From Callorhinchus milii (Eukaryota): a DNA stretch of 64,000 bases. This document shows positions 51,038-64,000 of this stretch, piece by piece (within the stretch, counting starts at the first letter, position 1; every line of letters starts with the position of its first letter). The notes below the pieces were generated by a model, which saw nothing but the letters and a program-made list of their open reading frames with translations, had not been told where the DNA came from and did no database searches. The DNA lies in contig NW_024704742.1 in NCBI RefSeq assembly GCF_018977255.1, positions 79,300,001 through 79,364,000 of the forward strand, written 5' to 3'. Both the position numbers and the translations under genes were made by a program.

Positions 51038-51312
51038 GAGACCTGAGTTCAATTCCAGACAGGGCGAAACCTTGGGCAAGTTTCCTTACTCCACACAGAG
51101 CCTAATAATAATCCCTCCAAAACCAAAAACAATAATAAGTTGGTCATTTTCAATCTACGACTGTTTGTGGGACATTGCTGTGCGCAATTGGCTGCCGCGT
51201 TCGCCCACAAATATACAGTCAATTCACTTTACAGTGTGTTCTGTGAAGCGCTTTGGGAGGTCCTCCCGATGTGAAAAGCGCTATATCAAATGCAAGGATT
51301 ATTATTATTATT
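51038..51312 (+). mobile_element. Young tRNA SINE, 5'-truncated
   Basis: Runs from the B box to the (ATT)n tail; closely matches the 1831-2078 subtype (ccacacagagcctaat). Confidence 0.92.
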
Positions 51313-51429
51313 GCACACCTCAGGCATGATTTATGTTCCTGAAGATAATTACGCAACACTTGATTGCAACTGGATTGAAAACTTCCCAATCCAGAAAGAT
51401 TTGGCTTGGTGCCTGACACATATGTAAAC

Positions 51430-51680
51430 CCATGACTATGCTGAAGATCATCCACATATATTTGCTACCTATATATGGAAATTTCCCTGTGCCTGGAATG
51501 GACTGTGCACTCTCTCCTGGGAGGGATGCACCCTGTTTTCCCAATTACAGATAGTAATAGGCAAGAGTACTAGATTATCAAGAGCTAAGACTTGGAGACC
51601 CCAGAATGTGTGTTGGGATACTGCTGGAGTTTAATTAGCTAAAACCATATAGTTTGACACAGTCTGGCAAGCTTTCTGCT
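51430..51680 (-). mobile_element. Unclassified ancient SINE-like repeat, 3' part
   Basis: Reverse complement aligns with 52550-52800 (ggaatg..ctgtgcactctctcctgggagggatgcac; ctggagtttaattagctaaaaccatata). Confidence 0.6.
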
Positions 51681-52224
51681 ACTTGTAATAAGGCTGCAGG
51701 GATCACATTCTGTGCTTCATCACATTACACCGGAATTTCCATGTGGAAGTGGAATGCACGGATCTCTGGGTTGGTTTTGATATGTTTAAGCACGGTGACA
51801 GGTATCCAGAAGATGTCCAGTCAGCCTGTTTGTCGGCAGGACTTGGAGGCACAGACCAATCACTGGGGACAGGGATTCTTTTCACTTGTTAACCCTTCAA
51901 GTCAAATTGACAATTATCATTGGTGATATGGAACACTGGCGATATGTGTTTAGAAATGCTGTGATTTTGACTCATTATAAGTGTAGGCAATCTCCATGAT
52001 GTCAGAAAATGAATGATAGGTTTTTCAACATTGTGTTACCTGGAGTCTGAGTTCATGAAATACAAATGTTATATCCGGGGTTTTGTATGATGAAATGTAA
52101 ACAGGTAAGTAACTGCTGCTCAAGCTCCTCGTTTCCAACTGGTGGAACTATAGTTCAACAGAAAGGGATGTGTGTTCAAGATGTGGACAGAAAATAGTGG
52201 CAATGCTCTCAGGCATTTCGAGCT

Positions 52225-52830
52225 GAGCTGTGCAGGATGCTCACAGGGAATTCCTGATATTTACCATCCAGTAGTGAGGGCTCATATCTGTGCTTGTTAG
52301 ATGTCAGCCAAATGACCAACTAATGGAGGAGACGTAAACGGGGTCCCCTTGGAGTTGAGCTGGCAATGGAATGTCAGAATCAAATCAATCTTCTATGACA
52401 GTATTGGTAATCCGGTTTTCTGAGTCAGCCACATCCACAATCATCCAGGGCACATTGGATGACTGGCCAGCCAGCTTAGCTTGTTAGCAGGACTTGGAGG
52501 GGAAGACCATTCACTGGGGCAGGGATACTTTCCTAGCTCCATAAATTGTGGGAAGCTTGCTAGACAGTACTCTTAATGCAAGATACAATATATGGTTTTA
52601 GCTGGTTAAACTCCAGCAACACCCAACTCATACTCTGGGATCTCCCAGCCTTCACTCTCGCCAACCTGTGCCTAATACTCTCCTGAATTAGTTAAAGCAG
52701 GATGTGTCCCTCCAGGGAGAGAATGCACATTCCATTCTAGCCACAGAAAAATTTCAATGTGTAGGTTGCAAACATATGTGAATCTCTCAGTCTGGTTTGG
52801 ATACCAGGTACCTGCTGATCATAAATAGTG
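52225..52830 (+). mobile_element. Unclassified ancient SINE-like repeat, most complete copy
   Basis: Head aligns with inverted 3670-3775; body aligns with 22285-22730. Confidence 0.6.
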
Positions 52831-53295
52831 ATGGGGAGGGGAGCTGAGAAAGAGAAAAGAGGCAGACATGTGAATTTCAGAACACAGCCCTTTTTCCAAA
52901 TGAATCCAATCTAGCCCAATTTGACTTCTCCTTCTGAATACTATTACGTTGACAGACACCTAGAGAGGAAAGGAAAGTCTGATTAGGATACATACATTCG
53001 ATACTCCAAATTGAATAGGCTCATTTGAAGTTTAATTACAGCACAGATTTGATCTTGCCTTCCTTTCGGTGCCAGTGAGGTTCATTTTGATTTTACTTTA
53101 GTCACTGGTCTTTACTGGAGATTAATCAATCAATATCTATTTTTCATTAAGCCTGCTTTAGGATGGTCTGCTAATGCAGTGTCACATGATATAAGCTTGA
53201 TTCAGAAATGCTTCTGAAATATTTTTTGCATTCAGATTACTCATTCCGGTCATTCTTCTCATGATTGATCATAATAATCTTTACATTTGGTATAC

Positions 53296-53470
53296 ACGCA
53301 TAGATACATAGACATAGAAGTAGGAGTTGGCAATTCAGTCCCTTGAGCCTATTGCTCCATTTTATAAGATCATGGCCAATCTATACCTCAAGTCCAGTTA
53401 CCCACATTTGCCCCATATCCCTTAATACCTTGACCTAAGAAATATATATCTTCATTCATCTTGAATGCCA
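53296..53470 (-). mobile_element. CR1 LINE 3' end
   Basis: catagatacatagacatagaagtaggagttggc...ccttgagcct..gctccatt..ataagatcatggc inverted CR1 terminus. Confidence 0.75.
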
Positions 53471-53719
53471 ATATGAAAGTTGTAGCACCAAAATCCCAAG
53501 GTGCTTCATATATAGTAAAGTGCAGTGACTGTGTGCTTTTTGTGTTTGAATGCAGCAGACAATTGAAAGCAACCTGTCTGGCTCCAACCCTATCCTGAAA
53601 ACTGTGCTTCATATTGTCACACACAAGCATAACAATTGTGCTCTTGTCATTGGAGGTGGTGATCGCAAATAAGGAATAATAGCATATGCATGAGAGAGAA
53701 AATCATCATTTTATGGTGA

Positions 53720-54035
53720 TGGGTTTCCTTGATATTTGAAGTAGCACCTTACACGTTGTTGAAACTTGCAAGTTGCTTTACAGGATTTACTGCAAAGTGT
53801 AGTGACTGTGAGTTTGTAGTTGAATGTGGCTGCTAAATTGCACACAAAAATGTCCCACAGCAATTAAGTGAATGCCCAATATTTATTTGGAGGATCGGTG
53901 GCCAGGGCAATAGGAGAAACTACCTTCTCTTTTTGAATAGGGCTATGGGGGGTTCTTTAATATCCACCTGAACTGGTAGATAGGACCTCATCTTAATGTT
54001 TTATTCAAAGGACAGCATCTCTGACAATGCAGCGT
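53720..54035 (-). mobile_element. Degenerate Deu-domain SINE
   Basis: Inverted tail and core (ggagaaactaccttctctttttgaatag...tccacctgaac). Confidence 0.65.
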
Positions 54036-54764
54036 TTGAATAGAAAGGAATGGAGAAAGGCTAGGGAGTGGGAGCTTAGGATGGGTGGAGACTCGTGTGA
54101 AGAATAAACTTTGGCATGTACTAGTTGGGCCAAATGGGATGCAGCAGGGTACACGTAAAGCACCACCAATATCTCCATACCCAGTCCAAGAAGAACACTT
54201 CACTGTTACAGATGTAAACGAGTACCCATGTGCACCGGTTGAGTTTCGAGTGTTCAGTGAATCATTGCAGCATCTTGCACATTCTAGGACGTATGTTTTG
54301 AGGTTCTACTCTGTGCAACAGAACAGGATGACATTACATTTGTTCGAATATCTTTTCATTCATCTTCGAACGTTGCGGGGGAGAAATTCCACCCCATCTG
54401 TTTTCTTAGCATTTCAGAGGGTACGGAAATTTGGCAAATTGTTGAATGCACTTTTTGTCTTAAAATAATTTCAGGCTTAGCCTGTTCAACCAGCTTCATG
54501 GAAGCAGCAATTTGCTGAATGTTAAGGAAATAGACAAAATCTAGACCCAGGTGAAATTTTCCTTTGCAGGGACTGTTTGGAGTTACATGAATCACAATTA
54601 CAGCATTATGAAGCACATTCTGTCTCTTAATCATTGGTAGTTGATAACTTAGGACTGGGAAGTGTCTTGATTGACAAGTTTGGCACTGAACACTGCCCTG
54701 ACTTCAGGAGATGGTTTCTCCCTCAAGCTTTTTTCTCACGGTCAATCATAAAATAGGTTCATTA

Positions 54765-55030
54765 CAATGATTTGCAACACACAGTCAGAGAACAAGGGTG
54801 ACAAAGTGAAACCCAAAGAGTAGTCAGGATGCGGAGTGCCCTGCTGGATGGAGTGGTACAGGTAGAATCCATATTAGTTTTCAAGAGGGAACTAGATCAA
54901 TACCCATAAAAAGGAATATTTTACGGGGGATCTGGAAAAAGTCATGTAAATGGGATTGAATGGATTGTTCTGTCAAAGAGCCAGCACAAACCCAATGGGC
55001 CAAATGACCTTCTGTACTGCAAGCTTCTGG
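54765..55030 (+). mobile_element. Degenerate CR1 3' end
   Basis: agtcagagaacaaggg...aagagggaactagat...aaagagccagcaca...atgggccaaatgacct. Confidence 0.65.
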
Positions 55031-55329
55031 CAATAAATATGCCAGTTGTTAGTTATGATCCCAGAGTTCTGACTTTACATAAAAATCAATCAATTCTTGA
55101 ATTTCTTTTAACCATTTTGGTTTCCGCTGTGGCTTCAGAGTGTACAGATTGTTCAGAGTCTCTGGGATCAGGAAGTGGATCAGTGTACAAGGAAGGGCAT
55201 TACCTGCAAATGACATTCCATGCATAAATCACAAGCCACTAGTAGAGTTTCCACAGCCCAGGTACAACTGTGATCGGAAGAGCAAAGTAGTGTTTGACAA
55301 CAAGGAGCTCTGTGCTACTGATGGAACAT

Positions 55330-55753
55330 ATGAGGCTCCACTGGCTCCCTATCACCAAACAGATCAATTTCAAGATTTTCACACCTGTCTTCAAATCCCT
55401 TCATGCCCTTGCACCTCCCTACCTCTCTGACCTGCTTATTCTCCAACCCACAACCCACTGCCTCCACTCACCTGGCTCTGGCCTCCTGCATGTCCCTCAT
55501 GCCATCCTTTCACCATTGGTGGCCGCACTTTCAGCCACTGTGCTCCAAAACTCTGGAACATTCTTCCTCTATCCCTCCGCTTTGGCTCTTCCTTCCCCAT
55601 CTTCAGGTTGGCCCAAAGACCTTCCTTTTCAACTGTGTCTATGGTCACCTCCCTCCTCCCCCGGCTCACCATTGTGCTCCGCCACTGTTAAGCGCTCTGG
55701 GACACCACCTTGCGTGAGGGACGCTATATAAATGTAAGTTATTGTTGTTGTTG
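55330..55753 (+). mobile_element. L2 LINE 3' fragment
   Basis: RLHWLPITKQINFKIFTPVFKSLHALAPPYLSDLL; tail gctatataaatgtaagttattgttgttgttg. Confidence 0.85.
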
Positions 55754-57562
55754 AGGTATTACTTGGTCCAGGAGCATTAAGCATTAAGCCTGGTGGAACA
55801 AAGCTAAGAGGTAGGTTTTGACGATGTCAGGGTAAACCCAGAATTAGGCTTGTAGGTTGAAATACCCAAATAAAATTAGAATAAAAACAAACTCTCCTAC
55901 AAAGTTAAAGGATGATACAGCAAAAAAATAGTAAATGAGACTGATCGCCTAAAGGAAAGCACTTATGATAATTCAGTATGAATCCGGATGCATAAAAATA
56001 CTTGCTGTCCAGTTAAATAGATTTATTGAATCAAAGCAGCTAATAAATATTTTTGTGGTGCAGAGCGGGAAGAGAATAGATATTTCAGAGTGGCTTGTGG
56101 TCAACCCTGGCAGTTAGCTGCGTTCTGAGGTCAACATATTTTTCTGAATGAGTTCTTGACGTTGTTGTCTTGTCTCTAAGGCATATCTCTTGTTTTTCCT
56201 TGGTTAACCCCATTTGACATGTGCCGGTGACATTGGTGTTTGTTAGGGATGCTGTTGATGCACAGTAGGCTAGAAGGATGGACGACATAGATTCTTGGTT
56301 GTCTTGTAACTGTATTTCCATCTACAAATGTCAAGCTTGACCAAGGATTTTTATATAGAATTTACTGGGAGCGAACCAGAATCCAGAACTGCTGAAATTT
56401 ACTATTTCAATTAAATAATATTTAACGTAGCTACTTATCATAATCATAATAATCTGTTAACAATCCTGTGGCACTATTCGAAATAGAGAAGTGAGTTTCT
56501 TCCATTATCCTGGCTAACAATCTTACAAATAAAATTGGTCACTCACTCCAAGGCTGTTTGTGGACTTTCTGTGCACAATTGGCCGCACAAATGCAAGAAT
56601 TTTTATTATTATTTTGAGCAGAATATGTTCTGTTGAAATAACTACAATTGAAAAATACCATTTTATTGAGAAATTCAAATTATTCAAGTCTCAGGAGTCA
56701 CAATATTTTGAAAATTGGTATATGTTCTTGAATTCTTCCACGAGTCATCCATATCAAAACAGTCTTACTATCTTCTACAAGTAATAGAATAGATTTAGGG
56801 AAAACTCATGATAGCGTGATCCTGGATCCGATATTCAATGCCGTGAGTTGGAAGTGGGGTTAAAAAAATGGCTGACATCCAGGTCTTCAGGTCACTGATA
56901 TAATTTCATGTGCATTATGTGCTATTCTCAATAAATTCTGCTTATGTTACTCCCATGCTTTCTGTAAACAGGAAGTAGTGGCACTGGCAACCTGACAACC
57001 CAGAAGTTGATCCATCTTTTAGCACCAGAAGTTGCCTAGTTAGTGATGGGAGGTTTAGGGAAGGAGGGGCAGCAGTTATTAAAGGGCAATATAACAAAAT
57101 ATCCTCAGGTCGTAAATACTGGCACAGCTAAAATATGATGAACAGTTTAATGTCTTAACATAATTCCTCTTCTTGGTATCTCTTATCTTAGAGGCAGAAG
57201 AATTGAAGTATTAATACCTGGATTGTATCTGCAATCTGAAAGCAATCATTTTAGTAATAATATAGAAGAATGTAGTCGCTGTTCACTTCGTGATACCCCA
57301 GGGTTTTAGTGTCTGACATAGTTGGAACTAGAGGTGAAAACATAATAGAATGCAAAATCCCCTTGCCATTGTAGGGTTTAATATATAGTTTTCTTCCTGT
57401 GTTTTTGACTTCTCCATGTACTCTAGGGTCAAAGGGTAAAAACTACATATTCACATTCCCCATGTGTGGTTATTTGTTCAAAATACACTAGACTTTACAG
57501 CAATCGTACAAGAAAATTCTTGAAATATTGTGATTTTCATGAAATAGTAGATATATATAATT

Positions 57563-57955
57563 ATAATAATAATATTCCTTACATTTGATATACATTTGCA
57601 TACACCAACAACTAGAACTTGCATTTATATCCTTCACATGGGGTAGCTTCCCAGACTACATCAGTGTCCCACAAATAGCCATGAGATGAATTATCAATTT
57701 TATTTGGAGGGTTGTTGACTAGGATGTTCGGGAGAAACTCCCTTCTCTTTTCAAGATGGGATCTTTAACATCCATGCAATGGGCAGACTGGACCTCAGTT
57801 TAACATCTCATCTGAAGGATGGATATCCAACAATGCACCACACCCTCAGCACTGCATTGAAGTGTCATCTTAGACTCTATAAGTTCCAAGTCCTGACATA
57901 GAGCATGAGCCCACAACCTTCTGATTCAGAGGCAAGAGTGTAACCAACTGAGCCA
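57563..57955 (-). mobile_element. Deu-domain SINE
   Basis: Inverted head ttctgattcagaggcaagagtgtaaccaactgagcca and core cctcagtttaacatctcatctgaagg. Confidence 0.85.
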
Positions 57956-59054
57956 AGCTGATGCAGACTAACCAACCAACTGACCAACTAATTAATAATC
58001 TAAGTAGTGAACTAACAAACTAATAAACTATCAAAAATGGAGCATTCCTTTTTAAATTCAAGAACTGTCTTAATGTTATACATTTATTTATATTAGCAAG
58101 TATTGTGTTTGATGTACAAGAAAATCCATCCATTGATAAAGGACAATAAAATCTTCCTTCTTATAGCAGCGAGCAAGAGGTAGTCTGCAAGGTCACCTCT
58201 TCTACTCATGTATCACATACACACTTAGAAAGATCAATTTAGGTATATCACAAATGCATTTTCTTGAGATGATCCCCAGATGACATTCTCAATGACTACT
58301 TCTGTGATGCTGGGCTGGATCCACCACACTCTACTGCTGGCTCACGCATTGTAACATTAATTACCTGTTCATGGGAGGCCCGACCTCTAGAAATAAGTTT
58401 CCTTTTATCTGTTCTGGACAGTTGTGAATGTTGTAAAATCCCCCAAGCCAGCAGTAGAAAAGCTGTGAAACACCTGAATGCGTGGAAGCTAGGGGGTCCT
58501 TTATGCATCTTCTTCCATGACAAATTTTCCTCAAGAACAAATATAGCACTTCTGTGCAAATTTCTTACGCATCTGATGAAATGCAAGGTTTCTCTTCCAC
58601 AATTATTCTGGATATTTACAGCAGTTGGCCAAAAAGTGCTTGGTTTAGGACTAGCTTATTACCTAAATGTTACCAGTTTCTTCTAAGTAGTATTTCATTT
58701 CAGAATCAGCTTTGAGAAGGTCAAATATTTTCTCAATGGATTTTTCAGCAATTTCACTAAAAATCCAGTAGACCCTCTCCAGTTGGTCTAATTCAGACCA
58801 ATTGCATTCGACGCCAACAAAAAAATGAATGCCAATATTGTAGCACGGAAGGCGATCTGTGCCCTTGGGACACTACTGGTTCTAATCCTTCCATGAGAGC
58901 TAACTACTCGAATTCCAATTTTGTTCTCTTTCCTTGTACTCTCTAAAATCATACGTAAGTAATTCTGTCAGTCCAGTTATGGCCATTCAATACTATTTTG
59001 ATTCTTCACTTTGTCCTCTTTCCAAACTTGGTAATTTCTGTGCTATGTATGATT

Positions 59055-59432
59055 TGTGGAGTCCTGTAGCTTAGTGGTTAGAGCACTCGCCTCGCCAAGT
59101 GAGAGGACCTGTGTTTGATTCCCAGGCAGGATGAATCATTAGTTTCCTTACTCATGCCTCTGTTTACCTAGCAGTACGTAGGAACCTGTTAGCTGATTGA
59201 TGGATCGCTTTTCCGGGGGTAATAATCCCCTAAAAATAATAATATTTATTTGGTCACTGAATCCACAACTATTTGTGGGACACTGCTATGCGCAATTGGC
59301 TGCTGTGTTAGCCACAAAATATACAGTCAATTCACTTTACAGTATATTCTGAGAAGAACTTTGAGACTTCTCAAATACATGATAAGAATCTATATCAAAT
59401 GCAAGGATTATTATTATACCATTATTATTATT
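59055..59432 (+). mobile_element. Full-length long-variant tRNA SINE
   Basis: tgtggagtcctgtagc head, gcctctgtttacctagcagta segment, shared tail. Confidence 0.9.
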
Positions 59433-60934
59433 TTCTTAAACCTGCTTCTTCAGACTATCTACAGAGCACCCTTTCATAACCTATATGTTAATTTGAAATC
59501 TCTTGTGGAAAAATATACAAATCTCCTCCCTTCGCCCCCGAGAGAATATTTAACTTAGCCACAACGGTTGATTTATGCCAATCACATCTGTATCGGTGTA
59601 CCGATATCTCTCAGTGGATTTGTTGGTCAGATGGCATAGCCATTGATTGCCCACAGGATACCATCTTGTCAAAACAGATTACCAAAACATTTTAACACAT
59701 CACCAGTCATGTGATCGGGTCAGCAGTTGTGTTAAATGTTTTGACACAATAAGGTTTTTTATTTCATAATGTATAGTTACAACTATTTTAGGCATTTCTC
59801 TGCAAAAATTGGGCTTCAGAAAATTCTAAATATTTCCGGTATTCCCCTTTCCTTTGTTTAATTTAGCACTTTGTAACTGCTCGAAAACATAACTGATATG
59901 TTCTACCTGTGGAATCATACTGGTCTTTTGCTTAGGGCTCTCTGAAGCATTCCGATATAGTTTGTGATTTTCATTCTTCCTCAGTTGTTAATATAACAGA
60001 TACCCTGCTGTTACCACTTGCCAGTGCAATGTTCCATGATATTTCAGTTTCAAAGCATTCCAGAGTCAGTCATACAGTTTTCAGTTTAGATGGTAATGGG
60101 TGGCTTTTCTCAGGGTAAATTTGACTCCCACGCTTCTTCACATCATAGACAAAATGTACTTTTAAATTAAAATTGCAAACAAAGCACCTTGGCCAACACA
60201 AAGCTTCCTCTTTCTGCCATTTTTCTCTGTGAAAGTTATCTCCCATCAGCTGAGTCACACACAGATTGTAACACTAGCTGTTATTTAAGCAGCATGTATC
60301 CAAACTATTTGCTTTCCTGGTTAAAATCAAAAAATGTGAAGCATAGTTTAATGGTGTTCCATAATGCTACAGGAATACACAAATTCACTGTCCATTAGAA
60401 ACAGCTTATTTAAAGTAATCATTGCAGATGTTGTGTGTCACTTAATAGAGTTCTGGTAGATGTTTCAGATTAGGTATAAGAGCATCTGTCATCTTTTCTC
60501 TTTGTAAATCAAAAATATTCTTGAGATTCAAGCTGTTTTATGTCTTTAAGATCCAGTGTGGGTTTTTTCAGAAGCGGTTTGTTTAGTTTGCCTCAAATGG
60601 CTGGTTCACTCCTATCTGTATCAGCATCTAGATCTCAAATAACTTGATTATCATGGATCGAGTTCCTTACTTATTTGTTGAGGAAACTTTATAAAAGTGG
60701 ATTATTTTTTACAACACAGATATATTCTTGTTTCTTCTTTACGCTAAATGAAATGTTTATTTTATTGAACAAATGTAAAACGTATAAAGGTTCATTAAAA
60801 TCTGATTACTTATGTCAAAATTAACCATAGCTAGGAAGGCAAAGACGCAAAGGAATAAAAGGAGGAAAAGCGACCCTGGAATGGGAAGGGTAAAATTCAA
60901 CCTGGATCACAGTTTAATAATAACAACAATAACA

Positions 60935-61640
60935 ACAACATTAACACATTATACTAAACAAATGATAGATTTTGAAGAAAAACATTGATAGAAATGCCAA
61001 ATCTGCCATCAAGCACCGAAAACAGTAGGCCACATATTGTCACCATGTCCACTCCTATCACAATTGGAGTATTTCAATTGACATAAATATATTCACTGGA
61101 CAATCCATAAGCACTTTGATATTGATATTGATATTGTAAAGTCCAACTGGTATGAACATCAACCAGCAAAAGTGACATTGAAAAATAACATCACGGTAAT
61201 CTCGGGCTCACAAGTGCTATCAGATGGAACAGTCTTTTGTAAAAAAAACAGATAATATGTTTTTTAAAAAAAACTAGATTGTACATGCAGTATCATTGAA
61301 CTGTTAATTCCAGGTGACTGCAACTTACAAAATAAGAAACTGGAAACCAGAAAGTATGCTGACTTACAAATTGAATGTTGTCACATGTGACAGTACAAGA
61401 CAAGCATAGTTCCTATAATGATCGGTAAAACAGGGATTGTTAAAAAGACTATTCAGAAATGGCTTGAGAAAATACACGGTAAACACAATATCCACCTCCT
61501 GCAGAAAGTAGTTATTTTGGGAAGTTCAAATATATTAAGAAAAGTAACATCTATTCAAGTGTAATTTGACAGTGTTATTGATCTAACTTACTTAACATTG
61601 AACACTTAGAAACTATCTATACGGAATGAGCTAAACTGAA
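60935..61640 (+). mobile_element. 5'-truncated R4/Dong-clade non-LTR retrotransposon (CCHC knuckle plus RLE endonuclease), degenerate
   Basis: Manual translation: KCQICHQAPKTVGHILSPC...YIHWTIHKHF...NWYEHQPAKV...IIELLIPGDCNLQNKKLETRKYADLQIE...IVPIMIGKTGIV...WLEKI...LLQKVVILGSSNILRKV*. Two internal stops and frameshifts; missed by the ORF track. Confidence 0.85.
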
Positions 61641-61712
61641 ATAATAATAATAATAATCCCTACATATGGTATAGCACCTTTCATGTCAGAAGGATGTCCC
61701 AAAGTGCTTAAA
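61640..61712 (-). mobile_element. SINE/L2-type 3' terminus whose (TAA)n tail abuts the Dong-like element
   Basis: aataataataataataatccctacatatggtatagcacctttcatgtcagaaggatgtcccaaagtgctt. Confidence 0.75.
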
Positions 61713-62359
61713 TACCGGCTTCTTAGTTAAGTTTAAATGAAACAATTGGCCAAATGTTAGGTTAATAGAATAAATCTAGACAGCAGTGGAATTTTACCCC
61801 AGAGGTGTACAAATTGTGTCCATTCCCTTAAATTAATGTAAGGGAGACAAATTATTTTTTTTTGTCTCAAGGGCATGATTGATATCTTTATCTTTGTATT
61901 CCAGAAGTGTTCAGTATGTCATTATATAGTAATGCATTATCTTGCATATCGTAAGACTATATATTTGACAATAAGGACTAGCCACAACTGATTCTTATCC
62001 TCATCTTCAGCCAGCTCCTCTGAATAATTAATGGGCATTAGATTTATACAATGACAAAGAGAAACAGTACAGAAGGTTTCACATGAAGGACTATCAAGCT
62101 GATTTGTCCTTTCTGTTACTTCTCTGAGGGGACAGATAATAAGTTAATTAAGTTTCTAGTCTGTGTCTCCAGTATGCCAGGCACATCTGGACCAATGAAT
62201 ACTGTAGATAGTTTCATTCTGACAAAACCTGATTTACCTTTTTAAGATCAATTATATATTTAACTACAAATAAGAAGGATCACTCATTATGCTGTAATCC
62301 TTTATAGGTTATATAGGTCATTTGCCTTCAAAAAATAGTTGCTACACTTTACAGCAAAT

Positions 62360-62760
62360 TCCGTGGGAGAAAGCAGGTTGGAAATGTAGGGAGGTGCCAG
62401 GACATGATGAGTAGATGAGTATGATCTTGAAATTGATCCGTTCTGTGATAGGTAGCTATTAGAGAGTGAGAGGACTGGTGTGATGAAGGTACAGAGTTCA
62501 GTGTGGGTGAGAATACTGGCGATGGTGTTCTGAATCAGTTAAAGTTTGTGGGTAGCGGAGCTGGGGAGACTGGTGAGGAGGGCATTGGAGTAGTCGAGGT
62601 GGGTGATGATGAAGGCATGGATGAGGATTTTGGCTGCGTTGGGTGTGAGGTATGGTTGGAGACAAGTAATGTGATGGAGGTGGAGGAATGCCATCTTGGT
62701 TGGGCATCAATTGTGGGGACGGAAGGACAGCTAGGGATTGAACCCGACGGCTAGGTTATG
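62360..62760 (-). mobile_element. Old L2 LINE fragment
   Basis: Inverted L2 ORF2 C-terminus (ILIHAFIITHLDYSNALLTSLP-like reading). Confidence 0.7.
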
Positions 62761-63287
62761 TAAGTCTTAGGACACTGGATAGACTTTATATTAGAATGAT
62801 TACATGTGTTCTGTGGAAGGAATGGACATGGTGAGCAAATTCCCTTGTAATTTGCAATTTCATGTCTCGAATGCACAGTGATTTTCACAGGAATTTTGAC
62901 AAACTATAAATCATTTGTATATTTATATAACGTTCGATATATATATATTATAGCATTTATATAATACTCTGGGACACTAACCTGTGTGAGGAGCTCTATT
63001 TAAATGCAAGTTGTTGTTATATTCCTCCATCAAAAACAAAAGAAGCTAGAGTTATGTCATATTTGAAACATTTTGTGGAACTCGATGCCCGAAGCAATGA
63101 TTTAATTAGATAGTATAGATGTATTTAAGAAGAAGCTAGATATACACATGAGGGAGAAGGCAATAGAAGAGTATGGGAGGGAGTAAGGAGAGGTTGGAGA
63201 TTCATGTGGAGTGCAGACAATTGTGTGAGCAGTAACACAGCCCGTCCTCACAAGTAGAATATCAATATTCCGGTGCTTTTTCTCTTC

Positions 63288-64000
63288 ATAACAACAACAA
63301 CAGCATTACATTTGAATAGCGCCTTTCATGTCAGGAGGATGTCCCAAGGTGCTGGACAGACAGAGTTACAGACCCAAGCTGGGGGTCGGGGAGGGTGGAG
63401 GACAGGGGGGCAAGCAGGGAAATCGAAAGCGCCGTCGAAGAGGAGGGTCTTGAGATGGGTCTTGAAGGAGGCAAGGGAGGGGGCGAGGCAGAGGGACTGC
63501 GGGATAGAGTTCCAGAGGGTGGGGGCAGAGTGGCAGAAGGACCGCCAGCGATGGTGGGGCAAGCGAGGTGGGGGACGTGAAGCAGGCCGGAGCCCGCTGA
63601 GCGGAGGGAGTGAGCAGGATGGTAGGGAGTTAGGAGGTTGCAGAGGTAGAGGGTGAGTAAGACCATGGAGGGCTTTGAAGGTGAGGACTAGGATCTTGAA
63701 CTGTATCCTCTGTGTGATGGGAAACCAGTGGAGTTGGGCGAGGATAGGGGTGATAGGGTCATGGAGCCTAATGGGGAGAAGACACGGGCTCCAAAGTTCT
63801 GGATGATCTGCAGCCTATGGAGTGAGGAATTGTGGAGGCCGACAAGCAAGGAGTTTGCATAGTCAAGCCTCGATGTAATGAAAGCATGTATGAGGGTTTC
63901 AGTGGCCTGCAGTGTGAGACAGTGACGGAGCCAAGCAATGTCGCGGAGGTGGGGGAAGTCAGAGCGGGTCATGGCGCAGATGTAGAGTAGAAGGATTGTT
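63288..64000 (-). mobile_element. L2 LINE 3' part (runs off window end)
   Basis: ETLIHAFITSRLDYANSLLVGL; inverted 3' UTR and (AAC)n tail. Confidence 0.92.

Overview
AT-rich vertebrate genomic DNA, most likely from a cartilaginous fish. The SINE/LINE repertoire resembles elephant shark/chimaera; this is an inference from repeat sequences recalled from memory. There is no intact long ORF: the only convincing protein homologies in the ORF track are decayed L2 and CR1 reverse-transcriptase fragments. Much of the window is retroelement debris: a young tRNA-Ala-headed SINE, a longer variant of it, older Deu-domain SINEs, L2 and CR1 LINE fragments, an AmnSINE2-like SINE and an unclassified ~600-bp ancient SINE-like repeat. 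There is also a short Penelope-like insertion with a 15-bp target-site duplication, and an R4/Dong-clade RLE-endonuclease retrotransposon sitting in the (TAA)n tail of a SINE. Two host features stand out. The first is a ~5.4-kb transposon-free, CpG/G-rich promoter-like block (44.9-50.3 kb) with plus-strand non-coding exons. The second is a tentative chain of minus-strand exon-like segments (0.2-40.4 kb) with Tudor-like and armadillo-like traces, some open and phase-compatible and some disrupted, suggesting an unannotated gene or unitary pseudogene. A near-perfect 65-bp inverted repeat brackets one of these exons. Repeat boundaries are approximate (about +/-20 bp) unless a TSD or splice site fixes them.
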